From: Lytechinus pictus
Lineage: Eukaryota
Length of the DNA stretch: 64,000 bases
Assembly: GCF_037042905.1 (NCBI RefSeq)
Contig: NC_087256.1
Coordinates: forward strand, 12,648,001 to 12,712,000
Direction: 5' to 3'
How positions within the stretch are numbered: position 1 is the first letter of the stretch; every line of letters begins with the position of its first letter. Made by a program: the position numbers and the translations under genes. Positions 41,421 through 53,823 of this stretch are shown here, in pieces. The notes under the pieces were generated by a model that was not told where the DNA came from, searched no databases, and was given only the letters and a program-made list of their open reading frames with translations.

Positions 41421-44400
41421 CTGTAATACATGATAAGAGAAGGATGGAAAATTAAATTGCATCTACACAACTAATCACCGTTCAATTGTATTCCCAGCAG
41501 TTTCCCCTCTTACACTTTAACCACGGGTTCAATAATCTCACAAAGTTTGCAATTTGGGTGAAAATCTAATGTACAGGAGGCAGTAAAAAAAAATCAATAC
41601 CTAACCTGTCGAAGGCATGATTCTTTGGTCTATGTCCACAAAAACCTGAAAACCGAAAACTTATCATGGCCCCTGATATGTCTAAATAGCTCCCATAATT
41701 AGAATAAGCGAGAGAGACAAGATGGTTCCTATACAGGAAACCCTCCTCCCATTCAAGTAACAAATGCTACATGCACTGCCACTTTCTTTCTACATGTAAC
41801 ATGATAGAAAATATTATGCCTAAAGACATTGGGTGATTTCAGGTACAGTATCTGAATGATCTTCTTGATGTTGAGGCTGGTAAAGGTACAATCATGTTTT
41901 AAACCCAAGGCCTGTTTTGGAAGGTTCAGCAGCCAGATTTTTTTCTCTCAACACCAACACCTCACATCTGCTTTATTATCTACATGGGGCCATAAATCTT
42001 CAACTCATTAGAGCCAATGTTGCCAACCACGTAGCCAGGATTTAATTTTGTAGGGGGCGGTACATGCACGCGAAGCATGCCAACACTTACAGAGCGCGCA
42101 AAGCGCGCTCCCTAGGGAGGAGGGTGAAGGGAGGGGGGAGTTTCCCCAAAGTTTTTGATGTTTCATCAAATTCAAAATTAAAAGAGGTCTCTTGCGTCTC
42201 TAGTATCGAATTTAACTCAAATTTAATTGAAATGCTGAGATAAAAAACTTGTTTTTGAAAGCAATTATGAGCACCACAAACTAAATGGATGGGCAGCAAT
42301 GTAGACTAAAGTTTTGTTGTATATAATTTTGTATATAGCACGGCGCGAATAATGTCTGCCCCTTTAGCAGATACTTGCCAAAAACTGCTTTCTGAAAAGC
42401 ACAAATAGCGTGTGCCGATTCGGGGAGTGGCGGTATTTTTTACTAATCTCTGACCAGAAGAGCGAAAATTTTGTGTCAATGTACTTAAACAAAACTTACT
42501 TCTCATATTTCATAACCAATGTATACTTTATACTTTCTGGCAAGAAATACACGAGTCCCATATCCGAGGAGGGGAAAAAGGAGTAGAAAAAGGTGTGGGA
42601 AACAAAGAGGAAAGACATTTTCAATATTTATTCCTGCGCAGAGCGTGGAAGCAAAATTTTGTATGAAAACAGAGAAGAACGTCTCGTTAGGGTTTTACTC
42701 TTTTGACCAAAAATAAGAAGGAAAAATAATAAAGCTATACCCTCTTTCCCTTTTCTCTCTCCACTTTTCGTTTTCTCCTTTTTTTTTGGGGGGGGGGGGT
42801 GACAGCCTCCACCCCCCAACCCCCCTCGGCTATGCACCTGAATGTTACACTCATCTACGATTTGTGCAATATTCTCTAACTCGTGGAATACTTCTGGGGA
42901 GCCTTTCATGAAAAAAAAAATCTGTGGGATGTTTTATGCGACAGAGCAAGGTTTATCCAACAGTTTTAAAAAAATTTGTCAGATCTCACAACTTGTCAGA
43001 AGAGAAATAGCGATGAAACGCTCTCCTGGGGCCCGTTGCATAAAACTTTTGCCATAAAAAAACTCTGGCAAACAAAATTATGCTATTGAAAACTACACAT
43101 TAAAAGACTCTGGAAAAAATTTGCCAGAGTTTTTTATGGCAAAAGTTTGATGCAACGGGCCCCTGACATCCTATCCCGAGCCATCCAATAATCTAACAAA
43201 CAAACATTCTACCCAAACCCCTTTTTGAGAACCAGTGGACGTGATATATTACCTGATAGGCTTGGTCTGATGATCTTATCCAAAGAGAGATGTGAGAAGT
43301 CTGGATTGATGTCATCAACATCTCTGACAGGGTATCTAAAGAGAGTGGTCTTCATGGTACCAAGACGATCTAGGTGTGAAGACAAGCAATCCTCAGCAGG
43401 AAGCCTGTTGAAGGTCCGGTCTAGGAAAGAGAGAGACAGTACTATAATCATCATCTAATAATAATGTGTGATGTTTTCACAGGGGTCAGAACTTTTAGAA
43501 ATCAAATATCTAGTGAGACATTACGCAATGAAGACATAGGGTATGGCGGTGTCCATCTTTTTTCCTTTGAATTTGAGAAAGAACGGACACTAAGTTTTTA
43601 CACCAATTTCCTGTATATCTTATTGAAAAAAGAAGATGTGAGCCATTGTCACATCCAATTTGTAACTTTCACAATATCGTTTCACTCAGAAGAATATTCA
43701 TTTTTCATATCACCAGAATTTTGAAAACTTTGAGAAAAGATCTTACCATCATCTTTAAAGATCTTCATGTTTTCTATATCAGGGAATGTGAAGGTTGGTT
43801 TGGGATTACTTGCTAAGGATTTCTTGATCTCTGGTTTGACCTTGGGGGCTCTCTTCTTGCTCTCTATACCCTAAAATAATGTTTAAAAAATACAATGAGA
43901 AATATATAAGTACACTGTACCTAAGCAAATATTGCTACATACACAGGAATCCATGCTGTTAACTTTATAAATTTTCAAAGACATCTTTACAAAAAAATTG
44001 TAAAGGGAAAACAAAGGGAATGATTTATTTTTCAGACATGGGAAAGAATTTACAATTTACATATGTTGGTAATAGAACATATCTGAGCACTTATATTCCC
44101 TAAAATTCTGTTTACGTTTAAATTCAATTCCTGATAACTTCTGGTCCACCTATAGAAAAAAAAAATACACAAATAAGCAAGTGAAACTAGCTACATCCAA
44201 TATCCATTACTCTATCATTGAATAATTTACTATTCAGCACATTCATAATATGAGTTTTGCAGGGGTACAGTGGGTGTATACAGGGATGGACATCTACATC
44301 CAGACGATTGTGGACTTTTATAAGTAATCTATTAATCATACAATACTAAAGACTTGTGAAATCCAGGAATTCATGAAATAAATATCAATCAATCTTAAAA

Positions 44401-46151
44401 TTCCAACTTATTCATAGTAGAATCTGCAACAATCTCTTTGGTCCACAGAAATACATTTGACAATGACATACAAAAATTTGACTGAAAGGATGTAAATAAA
44501 ACATGATTTATATGGGTCTTAAAAAATGCTTCAACTTGGTAGATAATAGATTATCATACTTATAGGAGGCTGACATATGTAACATCTACTGTACTATTAA
44601 CATTTTGTTTCGGATCCTGAATCCATACCTTTAGCGCTGGTCCTTCTCCGAACACCTTGATGCCAGGCCCTGGTGTCTTGAGCTGACTACCAAGAGGTTT
44701 CTTGATGAGTCCACTACCCTGGTTAGTCTTGTGAATGGTGTTACTTAGACTCCCTAAAGGTTGACGACTAGCCTTGTTGTTACTCAGATCACCCAGAGCC
44801 TTCCGGTGGGGCGTCACTAGAGAGTTCTCATTGGATGAAAAGACCTTGCCCAGACCTGGTAATATACATTGACAAAATATATCAACACTAATGCTTGATT
44901 CTTTAAAGATAACTGCCAGTTGTGGTAACAGAGAGGTTTAGGAGCAGTGAACGAGAACGACGTAGCAGTCGTCTGATCGTTCGAGTTAACGTCGTCTGCC
45001 CTTGTTCACTACAGATGCGAATACTTTAGACTTCACTCGACGTGTACGTACAAGTACGTACGTCCACGTGAAACAGCGCGATTCTGATAGTTGACGTGTG
45101 TGAGGACCCGAGGCATATGGAACGCAAAAAAATGACGTCATCTCGTACCAGTCATCTATGTACGTTTCTAAAAGTGCTTAATCTCAAATGAGTTTGAACA
45201 GAATCCAATAAAATGACCACCCAATTTGTTTGTATGTATAAATAAAAAATATGTGTCAAATGGCTCTGGAAAAAACTGTGTAATTGCTGAGAAATGAGCA
45301 AAATAAGCACGGAATTCCATAAAATGTCAGGTATTTTTCAAAGCAATATTAACACACTATCCCCCATATGCCTTTTTGTGTTAGTGATCATCAGAATTAT
45401 TGGTTTTTCAGATAATTGTTTGCTGCAACTACTTTATTTTACCTTTAAGGAGAGTGCAAATGTTTCATATAATGTGTGCAATTCAGAAGAAGCAGAAGAT
45501 TAAACCAGCATATCAGGAGATTGAGAGAAAATGGGTATATAATTTTTCTTTATTAAAGGGGAAGTCTGGATCCACCCCAACAAACATTTGATTTGAAAAA
45601 AAAGAAAAGAAAACCAAATAAGCACAACACTGAAAATTTCATCAAAATCAGATGTAAAATACGAAAGCTATGACATATTTAACCATTGACGATGGAAAGA
45701 TAAATGGTTCATATGCACTTGATGTGAAGTTGGTGTATTAGCAGATGGTATAATTTTCTAATATCTATCATCATGGCTAAACCCACTTGGTCTACCATCA
45801 AGTCAGTCTAATTTCCACTTTGTCCAATATAGTGTTATGCCAAGGTCTAATTTCTATTTCATCTACTAACTTTTCCCTCTTATAGATTCAGACTTAAATA
45901 CCGAGTGGATATCAAATGAAAATATAGCGAACTGGAGAATGGACAAAGTGGTAAGTGGGCTAAGTGACAATTGGACCAAATGAAGGACTGGTAGGAGAAC
46001 TAGGATTAGACCGTGTGGGATGAGACCAAGTGGCAATTTACAGGCTAGACATACCTCTCCTTGGTCCTGCAGACAGCATCTGTCCTCGTTTACCAGCCAT
46101 TACTCCTCCTGGGTTCTCAGTGTCTACATTATGCTGAAAAGAAGTTGCCAT
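41314..46151 (-). CDS. PTTG1: Securin / PTTG-like separase inhibitor, 5 coding exons, 240 aa
   Basis: Exons 46151-46055, 44855-44629, 43870-43747, 43420-43253, 41420-41314 splice in phase (723 nt). MAT...VDTEN N-terminus (vertebrate MATLIYVDKEN), D-box RKALGDLSN, Lys-rich middle, FPDIENM (human YPEIEKF), LP.E...HL, acidic C-terminus with LDLPPV. Confidence 0.82.
42024..42840. mobile_element. hAT-like non-autonomous element in a securin intron
   Basis: 8-bp TSD AATGTTGC/AATGTTAC; termini CA..CGTAGCC / GGCTATGCACCTG. Confidence 0.6.
43029..43162. mobile_element. Harbinger-like foldback MITE (CTG TSD)
   Basis: CTG|GGGCCCGTTGCATAAAACTTTTGCCATAAAAA ... TTTTTATGGCAAAAGTTTGATGCAACGGGCCC|CTG. Confidence 0.75.
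43253..43420 (-). CDS. PTTG1: Securin exon (FNRLPAED...HL)
   Basis: Pyrimidine tract and TAG acceptor, G|GTAATA donor, in phase. Confidence 0.8.
43747..43870 (-). CDS. PTTG1: Securin exon with pseudosubstrate motif (FPDIENMK)
   Basis: TTTTAG acceptor, G|GTAAGA donor, in phase. Confidence 0.82.
44629..44855 (-). CDS. PTTG1: Securin exon with D-boxes
   Basis: RKALGDLSN and RQPLGSLSN; CCAG acceptor, AAG|GTATGG donor. Confidence 0.87.
46055..46151 (-). CDS. PTTG1: Securin coding exon 1 (MATSFQHNVDTENPG...)
   Basis: ATG in GAGGATGG context; G|GTATGT donor; upstream acceptor TTTCAG near 46198. Confidence 0.8.
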
Positions 46152-46280
46152 CCTCAAACCAGATCTGGATACAGGTGTTAGAACTGAGGTGCAAGAGCTG
46201 AAATTTCAGATATGGAAGAGGAACAAGGAAATTTTTGAAGAGGGTATTAGTGTTGATTGCCATGATTGGTTATGGAAGAA

Positions 46281-48118
46281 TGACAAGTAGAGCGCCTCTG
46301 GCAGTCTCACCTGCATCGCACGATTCAACATAGCAGCAGTGCTGACTTTGAAAACTACTACAAAATAATTATTCACAAAAAACACCATTCATATAATGAT
46401 ACAATACAACGTTCTTCGACAATAAATGACATTTGACCTTGATCATGCAACCTAAGACTAGTCAGTATATCCACATTTTATAAACTATATCTATAAACTT
46501 TGAAAGTTATGACAGCAATCTAATAATTACCTCCAAAATGGCCAAAGTTTAATGACCTTAAATGACCTTTGACTTTGGTCATGTGACCTGAAACTTGCAT
46601 TAGATGTTCATTTATACTTGATTACTCTTACTGTAAACGCTGTTATTTTTGCGGGATTAATATTTCGTGCTTGGCGGCTTCAAAACATATTCACGGGTTC
46701 TTGAATTCCCGCTGCACACTCCATAATCACAAAGTCACTTCCTTCTTCCCCATCTGTGAATGGTTTTAATTAATATTTCAGCGACAAAATTGCATTTTCT
46801 GATAATAGTTCTAGCTCTAAAGCGGCGTAATTCAACATTGTTTTGATCCAATCATGAGCTTTTGTGACATTTAGCGCAACTTTTCTTTACGGGGCGGACA
46901 TCGGGGAAGGCAAAACGAAGGAACAAATTCTCGCGATGCATGTGATTTTGGGACTCAAGCTAGCTTGCTTAAATGTCGCCCTCTATAGGTCAAATTATGC
47001 AGTCTCTTTGCCCAAACTATACACGCAATTGAACCGCGGTTCGAAACTTGCATTAAAATAGATGCTCATAAATTTGTGTGTTTTTAAATTCGCGCTCGCC
47101 GCGAAATCCGCGAAAATTTCCACTTTTACAGTAGGCCTATGACCAAGTTTTATGAACTAGATCCATACACTTTCAGAGTTATGATTGTTATTCAACAAAT
47201 ACCCCCAACATGGCCAAAGTCCATGACCTTGGTCATGTGACCTGAAACTTGCACAGGATGTTCAGTGATACTAGATTACTCTTATGTCCAAGTTTCATGA
47301 ATCAGATCCATAAACTTTCAAAGTTATGATGGTAATTCAACAAATACCTACAACTTGGCCAAAGTTCGATGACCTTTAATGACCTTTGACCTTGATCATG
47401 TGACCTAAAACTCGCATAGGACATTCAGAAATACTTGATTACTCTTATGTCTAAGTTTTATGAACTAGACCAATAAACATTTAAAGTTATGATGGTAATT
47501 CAACAAATACCCCCAACTTGGTCAAAGTTCATTGACCTTAAATGACCTTTGACCTTGATCATGTGATCTGAAACTCGCACAGGATGTTCAGTGATACTTG
47601 ATTACTCTTATGTCCAAGTTTGGTGAATCATATCCATAAACATTCAAAGATATGATGGTAATTCAACAGATACCCCCAACTTGGCCAAAGTTCATTGACC
47701 CTAAATGACATTTGACCTTGGTCATGTGACTTGAAACTCAGGCAGAATATTCAGTAATACTTGATTAATCTTATGCCCAAGTTTTAATGAACTACATGTA
47801 GGTCCATATTAAGTTATGATGACATTTCAAAAACTTAACCTTAGTTTAAGACTTTGATGTTGATTCCCCCAACATGGTCTAAGTTCATTGACCCTAAATG
47901 ACCTTTGACCTTGGTCATGTGACCTGAAACTCAGGAAGGATGTTAAGTAAAACTTGACTGACCATATGGCCAAGTTTCATGAACTAGGTCCAAAACTTTT
48001 TTATGTTTTGCTGTCATTTAAAAAACTTAACCTTCGGTTAAGATTTGGTGTTGACGTCGCCGCCGCTGTCGTTGCCAAAGCGGCGCCTATAGTCTCACTC
48101 TGCTATGCAGGTGAGACT
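46281..48118 (+). mobile_element. Helentron/HINE-like element with internal ~163-bp tandem repeats
   Basis: Subterminal IR AGTCTCACCTGCA (~46299) / TGCAGGTGAGACT (~48106) and a 3' stem-loop; ATGACCTTTGACCTTGGTCATGTGACCTGAAACT units start at 47379, 47542, 47705 and 47898, with another copy at 46562. Confidence 0.65.
46631..47131. mobile_element. TA-TSD MITE (CTGTAAA...TTTACAG) nested in the tandem-repeat element
   Basis: TA|CTGTAAACG ... CTTTTACAG|TA interrupts a 163-bp unit. Confidence 0.7.
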
Positions 48119-48317
48119 TAAAATTAAAACCAAAATCACACAAATTTTCAATAACACAACATTCACATTCATTCATACAGCATTTACACTTATATTCTTT
48201 ACTTACATACAGTTACATAATGCAAATAACATTCTCACTTTTTTTCAGAATACAAACATCTTTCACACTAATTTCCCACGATTTAAACAACTTTTTCACT
48301 GTCGGAAAAGCGGTGCC

Positions 48318-48502
48318 TGTTACAAAATGCCGTTTTGAAGATCAATCAATAGATAAGAATGATTATTTAACAAATAAAATTTGAAACTTGACTATAAATA
48401 ATTATTATTATAATAATTATTCATAATCAAGTTTCAAATTTTATTATTTGTTAAATAATAATTTTTATCTATAAATTGATCTCAAAACAGCATTTTGTAA
48501 CA
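48318..48502. repeat. ~185-bp AT-rich foldback
   Basis: TGTTACAAAATGC...AAATTTGAAACTTGA is mirrored by TCAAGTTTCAAATTT...GCATTTTGTAACA. Confidence 0.8.
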
Positions 48503-48522
48503 TTGCTTATTAAAATCTAAGC

Positions 48523-49373
48523 TACATGTACGTCATAACGAAGCGGTTCAACTTCAAGGGTCAAGCCTATTGTATTTGTGGTGTTTACGAATGGATTGAG
48601 GGATCTACACGAGATCGGTCTGGTAAGAAACCTCTAATTTTTCATATTTATACTAAAATAATTTTAACCCCTTCATACGCATTAGGCATATGAAGGTTCA
48701 TAGATACTAAGATCTAAATATAATCAAGAGAAACAAACCGATTTCACCCTCTATAAACTCTAATTATGGATTTCCTAGGGAAATCCATCTTTGGGTTGTT
48801 TACAGTCTCGCTTATGCATATATGGCAAGCATTTCAAGGCTCCGTGATGAAAAAGTATATGTAAAAATATTTTTAAATATCATCACGGAGTGCAACATGC
48901 TCAAGGCTAAGGCAAGCCCGACCATTTCTTTCCCTTTTTTTTGTTTAGCCTTTTAGGCTATCTCCTCCTAAAGCATCACTCTCTATTTTGTCCTTGGTTC
49001 TGCCTGGCGAGTCTTCACATGGCCATAACATGGGTTCTTTGAAATTTGAGTTTTTCACTTCATCAAGAATAAGATTCAAGTTCATGAACAGCCTGGGTTC
49101 ACGATCTTGAACTGAAGTAGCCTGGAGGCTTCTGGAGAGTAAAAGTATTTCTACTGTACGTAGGCTTACTCTCCATGAAGCCTGGGACGGGATGCCATAA
49201 GGCCCACACATACAGAGTATTTTGGAGACAACAATATTGCTCCAAAATACTCCTTCTCTTTAACTTACTAATACTATACTTCTGTACATGGGCTAAAACC
49301 TAATTTCCCCCCACTAGGAAAAAATCAAATTCTTTTTACACAAAAAATAATATTATAAAATAAGTAAAATCAT
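48523..49373 (+). repeat. Unclassified interspersed repeat X, uninterrupted copy
   Basis: 48523-48915 matches 55039-55390 in direct orientation; 48798-48913 and 49119-49373 match 54836-54952 and 50616-54790 in inverted orientation once nested insertions are removed. Confidence 0.75.
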
Positions 49374-49539
49374 GTAAGAAGATGAGCTATACTAACAGAT
49401 GTTATCGTCGCCCACCCATGGGTGCATCTCTGCCGCCGTGTACAGGAAAATTGGAGGCACGGCGCATTCAACGATACTAAACATTTCCCGCAAATTTAAT
49501 AAGAGGATTTACAGAATGAAGTCCTCCTACGAAACTTAC

Positions 49540-49900
49540 CAAACGATGTGAAGTCAATTCCTCCTAATATGATGAATATCCCTCGAATAGAGTCATTTAA
49601 GCGTTGATTTTTCTTCTCGTTGACAAAATACGGCCCAACCTTGCGAATTCTCAAATTTTTTGTCTAATGAGCGAAAGAGGGCGCGCGATTTATCTTCATA
49701 TCAAAGACACTACAAGGGAAAGACGAGACACAAAAACTATCTTACACGTAAATCGATGCAAAACGTTACACGAAGTTGGCAAAGTGTCCAATCTTTTTAC
49801 TGTAAAGACTTTGGTGGAATGTTAATTGACAAACGAACGGGTAGCACTTGCGGGGCTTCGTTCAAGGTACGTAGAATTTTCTATATTTTTTGTTTAATTT
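49540..49900 (-). promoter_or_regulatory. Probable securin non-coding first exon and promoter
   Basis: Minus-strand G|GTAAGT donor at 49540/49539 in an apparently unique, CpG-containing segment between repeats; TSS cannot be determined from sequence. Confidence 0.4.
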
Positions 49901-50444
49901 GTCATCGCTTTGAATATTTTCCAAAAAGTATTATCGTCAGCAAAAATGATAAAAAATTCCTTTTTTAAATTATTGCATTTATTGGTGTCTCTATTTTATC
50001 AAACAATCATTAGAATTGCGCATACAATGAATCAAGAATCTAGTTTTAAAAATACCGGCAAGCTGAATTAAGGTTGTGAACTGTATTAGCGCCAACAACG
50101 ACCTTCCTTTTATTTCCATGGAAGAAACATGCGAAGCCACTTTCCAGGCCGAGGTAAGCGATTTTGCTTTTGTGTCCTTTTAAAATAAAAAAATATGTTA
50201 AAAATGGAATGCTTTTCACCAGAAAAAGCCCTTGTGAGCAACCCTGCTAGTGAGTAGCGGAATGGGTTTCGGCTAACATCATTCACGTTATGAAGCGATG
50301 TTAACGACAACTCTAAAATCCATCGCGTAAACACGTTGGTTGTGCGAGGTTAGTATATACTAACCTCGCAATACGTGTGAGTGGTCGTCGCCATCTTGCC
50401 GTCTTTGTTATTGTAGCCACATATACAGACTCGGTATAGAGGCA

Positions 50445-50615
50445 TGAGCAGTGCCAACTTAGATTTGAAAAAATACTTACGTCGGCCGATAAATATCATG
50501 GATTGTAAAATACTTGCATCAGTTAATAAATATCATGAAATCACTTCATGATATTTTACGATTCAGGATATCGGCCGACGCAAGTATTTTTAAAAATCTA
50601 AGTTGGCACTGCTCA
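50445..50615. mobile_element. Foldback MITE (TGAGCAGTGCCAACTTAGATTT TIR)
   Basis: Mirrored by AAATCTAAGTTGGCACTGCTCA. Confidence 0.75.
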
Positions 50616-50770
50616 TCATGATTTTACTTATTTTATAATATTATTTTTCGTGTAAAAAGAATTTAATTTTTTCCAAGTGGGGGAAATGAGGTTTTTAGCT
50701 CATGACATGTACAGAAGAAGTATAGTATTACTATTAGTAAGTTAAAGAGAACGAGTATTTTGGAGCAACA

Positions 50771-51213
50771 TAGACCAAAAGCTTCGGTCTCTGTTAAGTT
50801 GGTTGTTCCGCTGAACTCTGTTGGCTCCCACTCACCAAATACAGAGACCGAAGTTCTAGCTCGATCTGTACAGCCTACAGGGACTTAATGGCCATATATT
50901 TATGTATTAAGTTCGGATAAAACAGGGAAGTGAAGTTGCGTGACAGCCGAAGTAAGTCACTGTTTTTCCCCCGTTTTGGTGCATTTCAGGCCAAAACGGA
51001 ATAATAATCTTCATTTTAGTACAGTTCTTTTTAATATATTTTTATGAAATAAAGAAAAAAATCAATGAGCCCCGTCGAGGAGATTTTGCACTGTTAAACC
51101 CCTAATGATGGCTGCACGCTAGCGAGCCGTCTGTGTACGAGGAAAAAAAAAATGTTAAAAAACTCCTAGAAACAGATGGCTGCCAGCTGTCTAGGACTAG
51201 GACTCTAGGAGTA
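50771..51213 (+). mobile_element. Academ(H)-type non-autonomous element, copy C
   Basis: 9-bp TSD GGAGCAACA (50762-50770, 51214-51222); termini TAGACC...TGTCTA (ends 51193) followed by a 20-nt stutter; empty site visible at 49215-49252. Confidence 0.8.
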
Positions 51214-51290
51214 GGAGCAACATTGTTGTCTCCAAAATACTCGGTATGTGTGGGCCTATGGCATCCCATCCCAGGCTTCATGGAGAGTAA

Positions 51291-51720
51291 AGGCCACCGC
51301 ACACCTTACGACCCGACCAGTCGCCGACTGGCTTGAGACTGGGTGAGGGAAGATGTGACGTCACAGCTCTTGTCAGCTTCGAGTCGCAGACCGGTCAGAG
51401 ACAAGTCGCAAGGAAAATCGGAAGGATTTGACATGTCGAATCCTTATGACTGGATCGCAAGCTCAATCCAACTTCCAGCCAATCAGACAGCAGAGTTGTA
51501 CGACGCGTAAATGATGAATAACGCGCATACGCAGTAGTAAGCGCATTTTCTCAGTTGTTATGGCAAAAAGCAAAAAGCGCATGCTTGAGTCGCAGACAGC
51601 GTGGTAGTCGGATCGCAAGGTGTGCGGTGTCGAGGCTTATGACCACCTTGCGACTCATCTCCCCTCACTCAGTCGCAAGCCAGTCGCCGACCAGTCGGGT
51701 CGTAAGGTGTGCGGTGGCCT
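51291..51720. mobile_element. PIF/Harbinger MITE
   Basis: TAA|AGGCCACCGCACACCTTACGAC ... GTCGTAAGGTGTGCGGTGGCCT|TTA; empty site in the paralog near 49165. Confidence 0.85.
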
Positions 51721-52458
51721 TTAGCCTACGTACAGTAGAACCCGGGGGGGCCACTTCCATTCACGAGTGGATACCATGCGCGACCATGGGGTCTCGAAAA
51801 GCACTCTAAACACGTATTTTCTATATACTGAAAATGCACCCCTTAACAAGTATACCCAGTTGTTGTGTGTCCGGACAGGTTGTGTGTCCGGACGATCAAT
51901 TTGAGAAAGTCATTTGGAAAAATTTACAAGGGAAGTTTTATCAATTTTTAGTACAAAATGTCAGGAAATATTATAGAGAACAAAATAGAAGATGATTACA
52001 ATTATTGATTTCGTATTTTTAGTGTAATCCAAAGACAAAAAAGAAGGCTTCAAAAATATAAAGTGTCCGGATACCCGATCCCCCATCCTATTGGCGTGTA
52101 AAACCAAGGAGCTATGATATCTCCTTGGTAAAACCCTACACTTAACAAGTACTGTTGACAAGTATTCCCTGAAATGAACCCCTAAACAAGTACAGGAATA
52201 TTTTATTGTTATGTCATATGTCCTTCGGTCGTCGGTTTTACCTTTACACATCATTTGGTTTAGTACCTTCCACACCTCGCGCAAATCGGACTCTAAACAT
52301 GTAGTGTTGGGGCAAAAAGGACATCCTTTTTAACATTTTATGTTTGTTTTATCATCCCCGCAAATTTGACCCTAAACACGGAACTTTCCTAGCGAAATAG
52401 ATACCCTTTTTTCATTAATTTTGTGTTTTTGACACCCGTATCACGTTACGTACGTAAC

Positions 52459-53814
52459 TAGACCAAAAGCTTCGGCCTCTGTTATGTTGGTTGTTCAGCT
52501 GAACTCCGTTGGCTTCACTCACCAAATAGCGCGATCTGTACAGGGGACTCAATGGCCATATGTTTATGTGTATTAAGTTCGGATAAAACAGGGCAGTGAA
52601 GTTGCGCGACAGCCGAGGTAAGTCACTGTTTTGTTCCTTTTAACTTGATTTTCCACGTTTTTTGGCAATTAATGCCAAGAGGGAATATTAATTTGCATTT
52701 CGGTGGCGTTAATTTTCAAAAGTTTGATTCATTAAAGACAAAAATTGAAGAGCCCCGACCGGGGGATTTTGCATTGTAAGTCCCCTAATGGTGGCTGCAC
52801 GATAGCGAGCTGTGTACGAGGAGAAATTAAAAAAAATTAACGAAATTCCTCGAAACAGACGGCTGCCAGTATACAAATGATGCATGGGTTAGAGTGGGTC
52901 AGTAGGAACTGTGTGCACAAGGTAACTTTGGCATGGTTTAACCCACGAGGCGCAGCCGAGTGAGTTTAGACCATAATGCCAAAGTTACCGCGTGCACAGT
53001 TCCACTGACCCACGAAAGAAACCCATGCATCATCTGTTTTATAGAATGGAAAAATTTTATTGAATAAACCACAAAAATTAATGATTTACCGGATGCATGA
53101 TAATTTCATGCGTCCAGTAAATTCAATTTACTGGACGCATGAAAATATTTACTGGACGCATGATTTTTTTTACTGGACGCATGATTTTTTACCGGATGCA
53201 TGAAAATTCCAAAATGTAATGCAGACCCTTTGATAACCCTGGAAAACATAAATATGTATGCCTAACTTGATAATATGTTGGCACAAAGGCATCATTATAC
53301 CCAAAATGCCAGATACAGCTTTGCATTGAGTGATTGACTAGATCTATGAGGCAGCCATAGCTGTGTGTGTATGCCCGGGCCGCTCTGGTGGCCAGTGCCT
53401 ACGGCTGCCTGGGCCCGCACTGGAGATTTGGCTGTGCACAGCCAGCCCAGGGCAGTGCCAGTAGATCTATAAACGTTAGATCGTATGTCTGGACTTCTCA
53501 ACTAACGAGTATGCAGGCAGTTTTAATCCCTATGACATTTACGGTAACGTATTTGTACTTACAGATCATTTTGCATCCTTTATTTGATTCATTCTGCCTT
53601 GCCCTTGATCGAAAATTCAAAATTTTGACGTAAACAAGCGTAACAGTACATGCGCGATGACATCACAATGACCTTTTCGGACGATAGCTTGTTTACAGTG
53701 GATATCGTTTTGATTATCGGGATATCGTTCATGCAGCCCAGTAAAAATTCTTGCATTGCTCTCAACCAATCAGATTGCAGGGATTTTCCCATCCATTCTA
53801 TAATACTAGTAGTA
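52459..53814 (+). mobile_element. Academ(H)-type non-autonomous element, copy A (same subfamily as C), with a nested insertion
   Basis: TSD GTACGTAAC at 52450-52458 and 53815-53823; 52459-52868 aligns with copy C. Confidence 0.78.
52869..53805. mobile_element. Unclassified (possibly Crypton-like) element with a terminal hairpin, nested in copy A
   Basis: ~160-bp hairpin centred on GAGGCGCAGCCGAG; TATAGAATGG...CCATTCTATA inner IR; ~21-bp TTTACTGGACGCATGA repeats; no clear TSD. Confidence 0.5.
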
Positions 53815-53823
53815 GTACGTAAC

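Noticed and set aside
47140-48000. CRISPR-like regularly spaced repeats
   Set aside because: Whole ~163-bp units repeat with no unique spacers, in a eukaryotic context.
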